Source: Eledone cirrhosa (taxonomy: Eukaryota). Taken from it: a stretch of DNA of 64,000 nt. The translations under genes were made by a program, and so were the position numbers. Location: NCBI GenBank assembly GCA_964016885.1, contig OZ024741.1:39928001-39992000 (forward strand), in the 5' to 3' direction. Below, in pieces: positions 37,329 to 51,681 of this stretch (its first letter is position 1; each line of letters begins with the position of its first letter). The notes beneath the pieces are model-generated. The model ran no database searches. It worked only from the letters and a program-made list of their open reading frames with translations, and was not told the origin of the DNA.

Positions 37329-40300
37329 CTACAGGATGGTATATAGAGAAGGCCCATTTACACGAGCCATTCTCGCCACTATCACCCACCGTTCATAAAA
37401 CTGCCTGTGGCCAAGCACCTCTCTCTCCATTCTTATCCTTCTTCCGAAGTGATATCGGAAGAAGTAGACCAGACTATGGCCAGAGAGGAAGTTGCCTGAC
37501 CTCAGACCTTTCAATCGTGTCCACCAAACAACCTCTTTCAACATGGCTATTACGCACAGAAAAACCGCCTTTGCTTCCTTTGTGAAGAGGGGAGGCGGTT
37601 TGATTGTCATCACGAACTCGGCGGTCAATTGAATCGGCGCCACCCGCGACAGCAGTCGTTCGGCGTAGCACCACAGATCAGCCACGCCCGGACATTGCAC
37701 CAATGCGTGCGCAACGGTTTCTTCGTGACGCACGCATCTAGGGCAAATCTTTTTTGAGGGATCCCTGCCCGGGCGCCCGTGTCTGTAGAGCCTCTCTCGA
37801 ACGGGTAGAGCCCCCCGGTAGCACTGCCAGGCCAGTGACTTCTGGAAGTTGTCCATTGGTCCTGGGCCGAAAGTCCTACCGAACAGGCTGGCCAGTTCGT
37901 CTTCTTCCATGTCCAGCGACTCTCCAAGGGTGTCATCGCCCCTGCTAGCCACCAGCCCTCTATAGAATGATGAGGTGGATTCTCCACCGATGGCCTGGCC
38001 CGCTTGCCAGACAGCCCTGAGCGCCTGAGCACACTCAGTGTGCCAGTCTCCCAGTTTTCCGGATCTTTGCTTGAACAGGACTGTAGCTCGGTGAGCGAGA
38101 CGAGTCTCGGAAAGGCTCGTTTCACGAACGGAGCCCACACCGGTTGATCAGTGAGGAATACCTGTAGGTGCAGTAGCCTTAATGCGTGCCTACGCATCAT
38201 CAACCACGGCATCCCCAGCCCCCCTTTCGAAGGTTGTTGGTAGCAGATGGATCTTCTCACCATAGGAGGGCGCTTCTTCCAAAGAAATTGGAAGTGCATG
38301 CGTTCCATGGTGATGAGTGTTTCCTTAGGGCAAGGCACGACAGTCAGGCGGTAGTAAGTGACGGACGCTATGTAAACGTTCGCCACCTCCGCCCGGCCTT
38401 TTAGGGACAGCTTACACTTGGCCCATTTCTGGGTTAGTGCAAACACCTTGTTCGTAACCTCGTTCCAGTTCTTTTCCACCTGGAGGTCCGGTCCAAACCA
38501 GACCCCAAGCAACTTTACCGGGCCCTCCGTCCAGTGTCCGACGACACCGTCGGGAGGCATCGGTCTGCCTCTCCACGTTCCGAGTTGCAGCCCGATGGAT
38601 TTTTCCCGGTTCAGTTTCGCTCCTGACAACCTTTCGTAATCCTCCAGTAAGGTACCGATCGCCTCGAACTCCGAGTCGGTCGATACCATTACTGTTACGC
38701 CATCGGCGAAGGCCGACACCGCTTTGCTCAATCCTGGTTCCAGGGGGATACCCTGCAACAACTCCAACTTCCTCAGTAAAGGCTCGAGAGTCAATACGTA
38801 CAGAAGGGAGGAGAGAGGGCATCCTTGTCGAATGGATCGTGTGATTTCGAACGGCTTCGAAAGGTAGCCGTTCACCTTGATCCTAGAACAGATGTGGTTG
38901 CTATGTAAGGCAGTGATCCAGCCTCTGAAAACAGGACCGAACCCAGCCGCCGCTAGCACCGCATCCAGGTAACCATGGTCGACCCTATTGAAGGCCTTAG
39001 ACTGATCCAAGTTGATCAGGGACCCACCGAAGCCGGGTTTGTTTCCAACACTCTCTATGATGTATCGCATGAGGTGGAGGTTATCGTGAATGGACCTGGA
39101 TGGGATAGCACATGTCTGCGCATCTCCCACCAGGCCACCCACGACAAGCGCCAACCTCTTTGCTAACACCTTGACCAAAATCTTTAACTCTGTGTTTAGC
39201 AAGGTTATGGGCCGAAAATTATTTATACTATCTCCCTTGTTCTCGTCCTTCTTCACCAGCCCTTGGCTACAGAACAAGGAATTCTCCCGTTCTGCTGCCA
39301 ATTGCAGTAGACCGCTTCGAGGAGTTCGGAGAAGAAGACCGGCATTGCTAAATAAAGTTCGTAAGGTATACCATCGAGACCTGGAGATTTGCGTCTGCTG
39401 CATTGGCTCAGCGCATCTCCGATCTCATCAGCCGAGATTGGTCCCTCGCAGGACTCTGCCTCTTCGCTCGAGAGACGCGGCAGGCCGTCGAGGTATGGAC
39501 CGAAATCCACGCCCCCGCCCGGACCCTCGCCTCCCCCGAACAATCGGGCAAAGTGCCTTTGAAAGGCCTCGCACATCTGCTTAGGCTCCCGTATCACCCG
39601 TCCATCTTCGTCTTGCAACGACCGGATGGTGGATCGATTTCCACTCTTAGCTTCTGTCACGCGGGCCCAGCCAACGGCTTTGGCCCCCTCATTACCTAGA
39701 GCACGTATTTTACTTCGAATGACGCAGCCTTCGTGCTTTGCATCGAAAAACTGGTTCAAGGCCGTCCTCGATGCCAGCACTCTGGCCACATCTTCGCTCT
39801 TGATTGCCTCTTCTAATTTACCTGTTAATTCTTTCTCGTTTCTATTCCTATCGGCAGCTAACATCTTGCTATAACTTATTGATTCTGTTCTAATCTCTCT
39901 TTTGAGAGATGCCCACCATCGGTTGTTGACGATTGCACCCGTCAACCTCTCCTTAACTAATCTGCTAATCCGGTTTCTGTAAGTCTCTTTTCCCGGTAAA
40001 GACAAATTAAGTTTCCAGTAACCGGGACCCTGTTTATGTGTTTTCTCGAGATTGACTACGCAGGTCACTAATTTGTGATCCGTGTAGCCAACCGTGCGCA
40101 TTTCTGGACAGCTTAATATGTCCCTATCCTTACTTCTAACTAAGAATCTATCTAAGTACGATCTAGATTGACCACTGTGGTTTCTCCAAGTCCAGGTAGG
40201 CACAGTTGGAAAATCTAGTCGATATCTATCGACCAAGTTAAAACGGTTGAGTAACCCCTTGAGGCTGTTACACCCCTCTCTATTAGGACATGCTCCTGCA

Positions 40301-40756
40301 TAGTCCCAACGTGCATCTAGGATGTCATTCCAATCCCCCGCTAGAAGCAGGGAACGCGACGTTCCCAGAAAAGTCTCCAAACGCTGGAAGAAGTCGGGCC
40401 GTTCAGCTCCGAAAGGGGAGTAGACGGCGACCAGTCTCAAGGCCGCACTTTCACTACTGCCAACGTCTAGCACCAACAAACGACCCTCCGGGTCCGAGTG
40501 CACAACCTGTACGGCAAGACCCAGGTGTTTTTGCAGCAGTACGACAACCCCACCCCCCACCTCCAGGTTGACAGAGAGATGCATGCACCTCAAAGTCATC
40601 GAAGGTGGGGGCCAGCTGCCGCACGACGCTGATTCGAGTCTCACAGATAACCATTACATTTATACCACATGACCTGAGGTCATTTAGAAGCTTTGCTTGC
40701 TTCCAAGTTGAGCCCAGGCCACGTCCATTCAAACATCCTACTCTTAACACATCCAT
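37329..40756 (-). pseudogene. Tx1 ORF2 (APE endonuclease + RT + C-terminal zinc finger), three frameshifts
   Basis: MDVLRVGCLNGRGL...CET; VYSP, GDWN, YLDRF, TDH; RT motifs with FADG in place of YADD; split over four ORFs. Confidence 0.92.
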
Positions 40757-40816
40757 GTGGGCGGCAGAGCCAAAGGAGAGTGTAGAGACCTACCTTTCCG
40801 CTTCCAGGGGTTCGGG

Positions 40817-42727
40817 TTACACGACTTCCATGGGGTCGGGGGTGTTGGGTGAAGGGGTGTCTTGTGGTGGTGTGGGGTCGTCAGTGTGTGGTGGGGTTGG
40901 GGTGTTTGGAGTTGTGTTGGGGAGGGGAAGGGGAGGGGGAAAGCTTTTTAGTAGGACGCGGTTTATGGGTTTGACAGAGGGTGGTCCTACGTCCTCCTTA
41001 AAATCCTTTTTTAGTTTTTGGTAGAGGTTCATTGGGATCTTTATTAATTTTAAATGTGGGTAGTTTTCTGAAGAAACAAAGTTTACACCTTCGGTTTGTA
41101 CCGAAGGATTATTGTTTATGAGTTCATTTAAGTTATTATTGTTTCTGTTGATGTAAGTATAGTGTAATGTCTTTTTTTCGGATGGTGTGAGTGTTTCGAA
41201 GAGGGAAGGGGCAGGTTTGGTTTTGTTTGTTGCTGGAGGGGTGTTTTCTGTTTTGTTGGATTGTGTTGAGATTTTGGTGGGGGTTGTTTGGCCTTGTGTG
41301 TTTTGCACATGTTTTCTTTTTTTCCTTTTAATCTGTCTGAAGGACTCCGTTTCTTCCTCCGAATTCGTTGGGTTATCTTCAGTGTTGGAGGGAAGAGATA
41401 TGTTTGCTGGTAAGGTTTCCGTGTTGGTTTTCTTTGTGGGGGAGATGGATGTCACTATGTTAGACTGTGTTGTGTGTTGTGTCTGCGGTGGTTGTGTTGT
41501 TTTATTGAGTGAGAGGTTGGGTGGGCCTGTATTTTGTTTTGGGGTAATGTGTTGTGACTGTTTGTGTTGTGGTGGTGGTGTGGTTTTACTGAGGGACGGG
41601 TTGGGTGGTACTGAGTTTTGTTGTTTGTTTATCTGTTGTGGTGGTGGTGGTGGATCTGGTGTTGGTAGCAGGGTTTTCTTTTTGTTGAGTTGGGGACAAG
41701 CGGCCTTCAGGTGCCCTCTGCCTGCACAGATATGGCAGGACGGCCTTCTCCCCTCCACGCTAATGTTTATATACCCGTGGCCCTCTAATAGGATTCTGTC
41801 GGGTATTTGGGCGATGCGTTCAGGCTTCATTTGCACTACCAGCTCTATACCTGTTCCACTGAACGCATTGCCTGTGGTTTTCCCAATGGAAATCACGTTG
41901 TCATTCACTGGATCGATGAAGCCAGCTATGAGCCAGCAGTAGTCCACATCTGGCATCATTGCATCCAGCCATATGCGTTGAGTTCTTTTACCCATATAAG
42001 ATGGATAAAAGGTAAAAATTTTCGAACGAATCGGTGACAAAGCACATTTTTTTGCCGCCGATTCGTTCTTCATGATAATTGCTAGGCTTCCATACAGTCT
42101 GTCTTTTCGTATGAAAGTGGTTTCATTAAGTACTTCTGTGAGTACTGTTTTGATATCTGCTTGAGAAGGCTGTTCAGGTTTTTTTGAAGTGTTGTTGATG
42201 GTGCGGAACTTGACCGTTCGGCTTTCAATGTCTTTGGTGAATTCTTGAGGCATTTTTACCGATAAAATACCATTCTCTCCTTCACTTATGTATTGTTTTG
42301 CGTCTGTGATTCTTCGTGCCACATCTGAAATATTTTCGGGTATATAAGTCAAAGATTTCTTTGTTGTCTGTGCAAATGAAATCTTGTCGTCTGCTTTGCT
42401 TTCTGTTATGGTGTTATTTTCAAACGTTATTTTTGTGTTTGTTGTGTCTTTGTTTGTGTTATTAGTATTGTCATGCAATTTTTCAAATTTTTTTTTTTCG
42501 TTGTTGGAATCCATGTCCAGATTTGTGTTTTCGTCATTTTTTTTTTTCTCCGCAGATTCGTCTGTTTTTATTTTAATTTTTCCTTCCTTCTCTATGACGT
42601 TAGTTGGGAAGGAAGGGGGGGGGGCTAAAGCGTGCGAGCTTACAACTCTTACCGCTGTCCCCCCACCACTATTTTCGTTCGCTACGTTTAACATTTCTGT
42701 TAAACGATTGACATTTTTTTGCCACAA
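40817..42727 (-). CDS. Tx1 ORF1 nucleic-acid-binding protein with CCHC zinc knuckle
   Basis: Open 636-codon frame; IPDRI...ISVEGRRPSCHICAGRGHLKAACP, then a P/T/Q-rich tail; true start uncertain. Confidence 0.9.
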   Translation of the reverse strand: MWQKNVNRLTEMLNVANENSGGGTAVRVVSSHALAPPPSFPTNVIEKEGKIKIKTDESAEKKKNDENTNLDMDSNNEKKKFEKLHDNTNNTNKDTTNTKITFENNTITESKADDKISFAQTTKKSLTYIPENISDVARRITDAKQYISEGENGILSVKMPQEFTKDIESRTVKFRTINNTSKKPEQPSQADIKTVLTEVLNETTFIRKDRLYGSLAIIMKNESAAKKCALSPIRSKIFTFYPSYMGKRTQRIWLDAMMPDVDYCWLIAGFIDPVNDNVISIGKTTGNAFSGTGIELVVQMKPERIAQIPDRILLEGHGYINISVEGRRPSCHICAGRGHLKAACPQLNKKKTLLPTPDPPPPPQQINKQQNSVPPNPSLSKTTPPPQHKQSQHITPKQNTGPPNLSLNKTTQPPQTQHTTQSNIVTSISPTKKTNTETLPANISLPSNTEDNPTNSEEETESFRQIKRKKRKHVQNTQGQTTPTKISTQSNKTENTPPATNKTKPAPSLFETLTPSEKKTLHYTYINRNNNNLNELINNNPSVQTEGVNFVSSENYPHLKLIKIPMNLYQKLKKDFKEDVGPPSVKPINRVLLKSFPPPLPLPNTTPNTPTPPHTDDPTPPQDTPSPNTPDPMEVV

Positions 42728-42910
42728 AATTTTTTAAAACAGGTTTTTCACCTCTAGGAAGGGTAAAGATGAGCTGACCCACCGCCTGACAGTCGTATCA
42801 AAATTAAATTTGAACTCACAAAATTTCCGCAATAAATTTGAACAAAACTTCTGCGTGAAGTGAATTACATCCACACTGTAGAACAGACGACAGCTAGATC
42901 TTCTAGATAA

Positions 42911-42967
<57 letters not shown>

Positions 42968-43179
42968 ACATATGAAAAGTGTCAGGACACCGACGGGTGA
43001 GCTTCGGATCTAGCTGTGGAAACGGCCGGAGCTCAGTCTTCGGTGTTCTGACTCTTTTCCTATTACCCACTCTACTACCCTAAGTATTGAGTACTCTAGT
43101 GCGTTATGGTCCACCTGGTATCTTACCACACCCTCTTTGTTAGATAGATAGAGATAGATAGATAGATGGATAGATAGAT

Positions 43180-44622
43180 AGTGAGATCCCCCGGTAGTTG
43201 TTGGTGTTAGAGAGATCTCCCTTCTTTGGCACTGGGACGATGTTACTGATCCTCCACTGATTCGGGGCAACTCCTTTCTCCAGTGCACCGTTACAGAACC
43301 CCAGGATGATATCATCAAAATCACACCTCTTCATCACCTCTGATGCCACTCCATCTTCTCCATGAGCCTTGCCCTCCTTGATCCTCTTCTTGGCTCTCTG
43401 AAGCTCCTCTCTGGTGAAGGGCTCTGTCTCAACATCCAGTTCCTCAAACAGCCGCCTGATCTCCCCAGTACTCTGGGCTGTGGAGGGTGGTTCTCCTAGT
43501 AGGGTCCTAAAATGGTCTAGCCATTTCCTCTTCCTATCCTCGGGCCCCGTTCCCTGGATCTGACTCGAACACCTTCTCTTCCTCCCTGTGATCTCGTTGA
43601 TGATCATCCAGCTCTCCCTACATCCAGATCTGTCAACCGCTCTCTCCACACTTCTGATCTTCTCTATCAGTGCCTCCTCTCTGACCTCAGTGTAAGCGGT
43701 ACAGAGCTCTTCCCTCATCACCTCCACAGTCTCCATCCTCTCCTCCGTAGGATCAGCATAGAATTGGTCCCTGGCAGCTTTCAGGTGTTCTCTGGCTGCA
43801 CACACTTTTGGGTTTGCAGAGCTGACGTGCTTCCATTTATTCTTTTTCCTCGGCACCAGGGTTTCACTTGCTTCCGCCACTGCATTGGTGAAGTGCCCGT
43901 ACCTCCTCGTCACACTCTCTTCAGTCCATCCAATCACTCTCTCCTCTGACTCTCCACACAGAGCACTAAACCCGTTTCTCACTTCCACTGTGAACCTCTC
44001 CTGTAGCTTATCATCTTCCTTGAAAGCTCCCCAGTCATAGATTGTTCTCCGGGGCTGAGCTTTGCTCTTTCTTAAGCTCACGCGGACCTCACTCATAACA
44101 AGCCGGTGGTCACTACCCAGTGTACTAAAATAGCTGTATGGTTCCGTGTTCAGAACACTATTCCGCCACTTTTTCCTCAACAGAATGAAATCAATCTGTG
44201 ACTTGGACAGGTGCATATCTGAGATGTAGGTCCACATCTTCCCCAGATTCTTCCTAAACCTTAGATTGGTCGCCATCAAGTTCGCCTCCAGCAGGGTGTC
44301 TCTCAGTAGTCTCTCAGTATACACTGAGGATGAAAAACTCGGAGCTGTATGGGAGCATCCCAAAAGGCAGCTCAAAAGTGACACAGAGGAGACTGAGGTT
44401 AGCTGGACATGCTCACCGACATCCAGAGTTGACATTGCACTCAGTAATCCTTTGGGAGCCCCTACATGGACACACTAGAAGAGGAAGACCAAGGTTAACG
44501 TATGTTGATGCCCTAAGGACAGACACTGGTCTGTTGGAGATGCAGGACATGGCAGCGATAATAAGGGACAGAGACCGCTGGAGAGAACTCGTCCATGGAT
44601 CTCGGGAATTTTACCCACCTTA
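43180..44622. mobile_element. RTE-clade LINE with internal inversion and (GATA)n tail
   Basis: 43180-44315 minus: SQIDFIL, SDH, KKGD...NYRGISL; 44316-44622 plus: RRLRLAGH...GRPRLTY...DRDRW, then GATA. Confidence 0.9.
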
Positions 44623-44627
44623 GATAG

Positions 44628-44937
<310 letters not shown>

Positions 44938-45204
44938 CTCTGTCCATTCCGCGTAATAGTTATAAGCGATGTGCTTTACAAAACATGATTTTCCTCATCA
45001 TATTTAACTTATATTTCAAATCTTAGGTGTGTTTTTAACTCCTTGAGATGTTTGATAAATATTTAGAGATTAAACCAACCAATTCATACACATATGTCAC
45101 AACAACAAACGGACAAACACGAAGGTATTTTTTAAAAACATCAATTGATGAAAGAGGGTGATAAGATGGGAAAACATAAAGAGAAAATATACTTCAATAA
45201 CAGC

Positions 45205-45276
<72 letters not shown>

Positions 45277-45516
45277 ATATATATATGTGTGTGTATCTAT
45301 ATATATATATATATAGATACATATAGATACAAACGTCTATAGATACATATATATATGTGTGTGTGTCTATGTGTGTGTGTGTGTCTGTGTATGTATGTAT
45401 AGAGGATTTAGGGATGTGAGCTATCGAATTCCGGATATTGTAGTGAGGGTTTTCGGAATGGAAGTTAAATGATCGTATACTTATGATGTGACAGTTTTGC
45501 ATGTTTCTAGTTTAAG

Positions 45517-45613
<97 letters not shown>

Positions 45614-45932
45614 TATATACACTTTTTGTATCCATACACACAGTCAAACACAGAGAAACACAATCATAGACAGATATATATATATATGGAAATTAAAATT
45701 TTCTCTCTTAGCAGATGGATTAATCTTAACTGTAATCTAAAATGTTGATGTTTATCTCAGGACAGAGCGGAAGTCAGTCGCAAATGGAGGAAAGTTGGGA
45801 GAGGGGCTGGAAGGAGCATAAAAAGGAAAAACTACCACCGTCATCATCATCAACAACAAATATAAGAAGAAAACAGGAACATATACCAATAATTTAAATG
45901 AAAATGTAAACATAGACCGCAACCGGAATTCC

Positions 45933-45966
45933 CTGATGATGGGAAATTTGATCTGGTTTCCGACAC
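45933..45966 (+). ncRNA. Degenerate hammerhead motif
   Basis: CTGATGA tg GGAAA...TTTCC GACAC. Confidence 0.4.
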
Positions 45967-46810
45967 ATGGTACAAATGGAATGGATTGTGGCGACCATTT
46001 TTTTCAATGAAGCCATCATGTACGCTAAAATCACCTCCATTACTGGGAATATATGTGGTTAACGTATCGCTCAGGACTTTGTTTTAACGCCCCTGAAGTC
46101 TATCTATGTGCGTGGGTGTATTTGTATATCTACGAGTATGTAAATAGGAATATATATATATATATATATATAGTAATAACAAATAATTTGAAGACTAAAA
46201 TCCAAAGAGGGCTCGAAAAGGATAAATATATATCAAATATATAAGAACCCTAGAGCAAATATTTATTAAAATAACAGATTAAAGTTTAAGCAAAAAATCG
46301 CTGCTTTCACCCTTAAAGGGATCTTCTGAAACTTAAAAAAATCAATCTGTGAAGGCGGAAGTAAATATTTCGAAAAACGTTGCAACCGAAGGAAAACAGG
46401 AAGACGGTACTTTGGTTCGTGAAGACATTCCCTGGCAATGAACGGAAAAAAGCGAAGATAATACGTCGTTATGTGGAGCGATAAAAGGTAAGAGAAATAA
46501 CAACACAATCGGTACAGTATATGGAAGGGATATATTAGGTTAACGCTTGATATAGCAGAAAGAAGGTTTTAACGTTTCGGACGCTAGTCCTTCATCAGAA
46601 GAAAGAATGAGAAATAAGATAGATTGAGGGGACGGGCGCGTTGGAATTGGAAAAAATGCCTTTAGATAAAAATAATAGGCATATTGAAGGTTCTAGGGTG
46701 GGAGTGAAAAATAGACGGGTGAGAAGATATTTTATTTTCCAAATCTATGATACCAGTGATTTCAAAGTTTCAGCGATGTTGCGATGCCGCTTCCGAACTG
46801 TTCACGCTTA

Positions 46811-46893
46811 CGAGGATCGTTTGAAAAGTTCATAGGCTGACCAAGATACTCTCATGGAATGGCCAAGTAAGGTTTATTTTTCAACATAGTCCC
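46811..46893 (+). mobile_element. Mariner-like terminal remnant
   Basis: TA|CGAGGATCGTTTGAAAAGT is a mariner-type TIR start; subterminal TTTTTCAACATAGTCCC. Confidence 0.55.
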
Positions 46894-47464
46894 TGGAAAG
46901 AAACAATGCAATTATTAATAAGAAAAGATGGAATTAAATGCATGCAAGATTTCACAGCCCTAGCATCAATCTCTCATAGTCAGCATACGCTCGTATTTCT
47001 TACTGCCACTTGCGCACTGGAGCCTGCGGTAACGGCCTTAAAGCAACGAAACAACGTATCTTCAGAGATCAGCTGATGACTTGGGACTGCCTGTGTTTCG
47101 TTTGTATTTCTGTTTTCGTCCATATTTTGTACGATTTCAGCCTCACGGACTCTTGTTTCTTACGCATATATATATATATGTGTATATGAATAAATTTAGT
47201 CCTTCATCAGTGATCTTCCAATCTTCATTGGTATTTCATCGCTTTAAAGACTATCAAACCTGGTCGAAGTGTGAGTAAGGAAAGAATTTCGCACAGGTCA
47301 AACGGGAGGAAGAAGGAGGCAAGTCCCTGAAATCGATGAACATATATATATATATATATATATGGATAGATAGATAGATAGATAGATGTGTTTCTTTATT
47401 GTTAGATAGATAGATATAGATATAGATATAGATATAGATATAGATATAGATGTGTGTGCGTGTG

Positions 47465-47555
<91 letters not shown>

Positions 47556-47772
47556 TTATGTATGTATTGTCACTTCATGTGCGATTGCGTTCAGAGACCG
47601 AAAAGGCGATTGATCTTGCCCCACAAATATAACACTATGTCAGAGGTCACAAGAAAGGTCATAATTTAGGTCACGTGAATTGAACCTGAACTATCCTGTA
47701 AGTACTTACATATAACTGGGTATAATTTCACAGCCAACATAACTTTTGTTGATGTATTTTTATACGAGGATT

Positions 47773-47863
<91 letters not shown>

Positions 47864-47957
47864 CAATAATTGAGTGCTGCGTGGTTGCATATGGGTTACA
47901 TATGAATAAAATTAGTCCTTCATCAGTGATTTTCCAACTTTCATTGGTATTTCATTG

Positions 47958-48029
<72 letters not shown>

Positions 48030-48032
<3 letters not shown>

Positions 48033-48740
48033 GGAAAAGAATGAAACGAAATTTCATTTCTCACTCTTAGTACGGCTGATACCTAAATATAAGTATGTAT
48101 ACGTACATACATATATACACATATATGGTGTATATATGGCGTATATATGGCGTACAGTAGTATGTATATGTATATATATATATGCACACACATATATATA
48201 TATATACGTATGTGTTTACCGAACATTTATTATAATGTTCGGTTTGTTTGTAAACAGACAGCCCGAATTATGCCGTACAGTGCTCGGCAAACATCGTCGC
48301 CCTTTTGTTCAACACTGACACAGGAACTATGTACTAGTTTCAAGCTTATTACCTATCGCCAGCATCGTATACCTTTCTGTCAGAATGTTTGAACGTTTGA
48401 AAGTATATACTTTCTTTATGCATATTAACGGCTGAGCAGCCTAGTTAGTCGGCCGGGCGTACCGAAAACGATAAATGAAAAGAATGAAACGAAATTTCAT
48501 TTCTCACTCTTAGTATGGCAAATTATACATCGTTCCTGTGTCAGTGTTGAACAAAAGGGCGACGATATTTGCCGAGAACTGTACGGCGTAATACAGGCTG
48601 TTTGTTTACAAACAAACCGAACATTATAATAAATGTTCGCTAAACCCATACGTACATATATATATATATGTGTGCATGTATATGTATATATATACATACT
48701 ACTGTACGTCTGTATACATATATGTATGTACATACACATA
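48030..48740 (-). mobile_element. Family M locus 3: 443-bp unit + terminal repeat + inverted segment
   Basis: ATGAAACGAAATTTCATTTCTCACTCTTAGTA at 48041 and 48484; about 48527-48740 inverted; mutated HHR at 48327-48367. Confidence 0.88.
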
Positions 48741-48759
48741 CTTATATATATATATATAT

Positions 48760-48892
48760 ACACGGACACACACATATACATACACAGACACACACACACA
48801 CACATGGACACACACGGACACACACGGACACACACATATACACACACACGGACACACACACATACGGACATACACACACATGGACACACACA

Positions 48893-48930
<38 letters not shown>

Positions 48931-49036
48931 GTATAGGAAAAGAGTCAGGACCCCAACGGCTGAGCTCCGGCCGTTTCGACAGCTATTTCTGAACGGCCGG
49001 AGCTCAGCCGTTGGGGTCCTGACTCTTTTCCTATAC

Positions 49037-49072
<36 letters not shown>

Positions 49073-49270
49073 CCATGTGTGTGTATGTCCATGTGTGTGT
49101 GTGTATATGTGTGTGTCCGTGTGTGTCCATGTGTGTGTGTGTGTGTATCTGTGTGTGTGTGCATGTGTGTGTCCGTGTGTGTGCGTGTGTGTGTGTGTGT
49201 CCGTGTGTGTTTATGTGTGTGTGTATATGTGTGTGTGTCCATGTGTGTGTGTGTCCGTGTGCGTGTATGT
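48760..49270. repeat. Large palindrome with a family Q core
   Basis: Perfect arms 48931-48975 / 48992-49036; symmetry continues through flanking CA/TG-derived repeats. Confidence 0.92.
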
Positions 49271-49381
49271 ACCTTTCTTGGCATTAAAATTTATCAAACA
49301 TTAATAACTCTTTATTTTAATTACATTCCTTTCTCGCCAACCATTTCCTTTTTCAATGACGGAAAACTGTAAAACACACAC

Positions 49382-49420
<39 letters not shown>

Positions 49421-49990
49421 ATATATATATATATTTTAAATTGTGTATGTATGTGTGTATGTATGTATGTACATATTTATGTATATATGTATGTATGTAC
49501 GTATGTATGTATGTATGTAGGTACGTAAGTATGTATATAGGTACGTAAGTATGTATATAAGATATACATTTTATATTGAGCTTTTTTTCGGAGGTGCTTT
49601 CCCTTTCACTATGGCTGAATGAAAAATAAGGGTTTTGCGACGTCAATATGGCGACAGGATGTTGCTTGTAAAAGGGTCTTAATGATAAAGGGTTGCTAAA
49701 TACTTAATAACTACTGAACCATATATCCATTGCTACTCACCGTAGAGATATTTTGGCGTTGCTAAAGTCTGGGAGGACATGTTTAAAAAATGGAAAAGAC
49801 TGGGCGAAAAGAAAATGCTGTGTGTATACGGGCAGCCTTCTTCATTCATCTTAACATATTTGACTTCCTCTCTATCTCGCTCATCCTCTCTCTCTCTCCC
49901 TCTCTCACTATCTCTCCCTCTCTCTCTCTCACTCTCTCTCTATCTCTATCTCTCTCTCTCTTTCCATTTATATTCATGGGTGCATGTATG

Positions 49991-50041
<51 letters not shown>

Positions 50042-50281
50042 GTTTCTACTTTTGGCACAAGGCCAGCAATAACCCACTACATTACTGGTACTTTATTTTA
50101 TCGACCCCGTATAATATTAATATATAAGGAAACAAAGAATCAGTGTTGCAATATATACATATCTAATTACATATTACATGTTTTTCTGTCGATCAGCTCA
50201 AGGAACGATCTGTTAATGATCGAACCTGATTGTGAAATCGGAAGCTCCTCAGATATGTTTTAACATATAGACTCGCGTCTA

Positions 50282-50448
<167 letters not shown>

Positions 50449-50539
50449 TTTAGTAAATTAATAGTTCAGGGATACAACAAACAGTGGTACAAAGAGTCTT
50501 ATTAGTTTCACGCTTTATATGGAAAAAAGGGAAAGAAAG

Positions 50540-50573
50540 TTCGACGGGTCGGGCTTTAGCCCTTCTTCAGAAA
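50540..50573 (-). ncRNA. Degenerate minimal hammerhead motif
   Basis: ttt CTGAAGA AGGGC taaa GCCC GACCC GTC gaa. Confidence 0.6.
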
Positions 50574-51103
50574 TCCAAAATTAGAGACAGGATCACAAAG
50601 GAGATACAGAAATAAATATATACATATACATTAAGTCCGAACACAATTAAACCAAACTCCATTTACTGCCCACTAGATATCAGACTGAAGCTACTAATGT
50701 AAAAATATGAGATGCCGTTACATAAGGGCCAATATATTCATACCTGTACGCAGCCTCTCACTAACGGATGTCAAATCTCTTAATATGAAAGGAGATTTTA
50801 GAGTCGGCTATTATGATTTGGAACAAGCACTCTCGCATTTGTCAACACTAAACGAAATCATTTTGACATATTGACATGTCTGATGATATCATACGAAAGA
50901 AATAGTTGTAGTCCTATAAAAATCACTTCTATATATAATAAAGATGCCTGTACTCTACCTTTCTACCGCTTTTGAATGCGGTTACTTCCCTATCCTCACC
51001 ACAACTCAGGAATAGACGTAATAATAATAAATGTGAAGACTAAAATCCAAACAGGGTTCGATAAGGATAAATATATATCAAATATATAAGAACCCTAGAG
51101 CAA

Positions 51104-51134
<31 letters not shown>

Positions 51135-51237
51135 AAACATGAGAAGAAAGAAGAATACTGCGTGGTTGCACATGGGTTACATATGATAAAAATAGTCCTT
51201 CGTCAGTGATTTGCCAACCATCATTGATATTCATCGC

Positions 51238-51285
<48 letters not shown>

Positions 51286-51323
51286 CAATATGTTGAAAAG
51301 GTAACACACCAGAGAGATATATA

Positions 51324-51464
51324 CAGTGCGCTATCAATAAAACGGGGAAAAAAAATTTACGCTTCAATTTATATTTTTAATTATCGTGTCTATAGTCTCC
51401 CTTTCATAGGTTATAGATTCCATACACTGGTGGGTTTTTTCCCTGTTTTATTGATAGCGCACTG
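51324..51464. mobile_element. Tc1/mariner-type MITE
   Basis: TA|CAGTGCGCTATCAATAAAAC...GTTTTATTGATAGCGCACTG|TA. Confidence 0.75.
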
Positions 51465-51586
51465 TATGTCTCTCTCTGGTGTGTTACCTTTTCAACATAT
51501 TGTATTTTAAAGAACTCAGGATTTCTTCTCCTTTGAGCACATTATTTACAGGGAATAGCGAGGGCCTATGCCTCCGTTAATTTATC

Positions 51587-51681
<95 letters not shown>

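Larger units (their letters stand above)
37112..42894 (-). mobile_element. Full-length Tx1/L1-clade LINE (copy 3) with TSD
   Basis: 5' UTR, ORF1, ORF2 (APE, RT, CCHC), AATAAA; CTAGATAAATAGATA at 37097-37111 and 42903-42917. Confidence 0.95.

Noticed and set aside
43140-44435. 431-aa ORF as one protein
   Set aside because: The N-terminus is the antisense of the inverted RTE 3' piece and the C-terminus runs into (GATA)n
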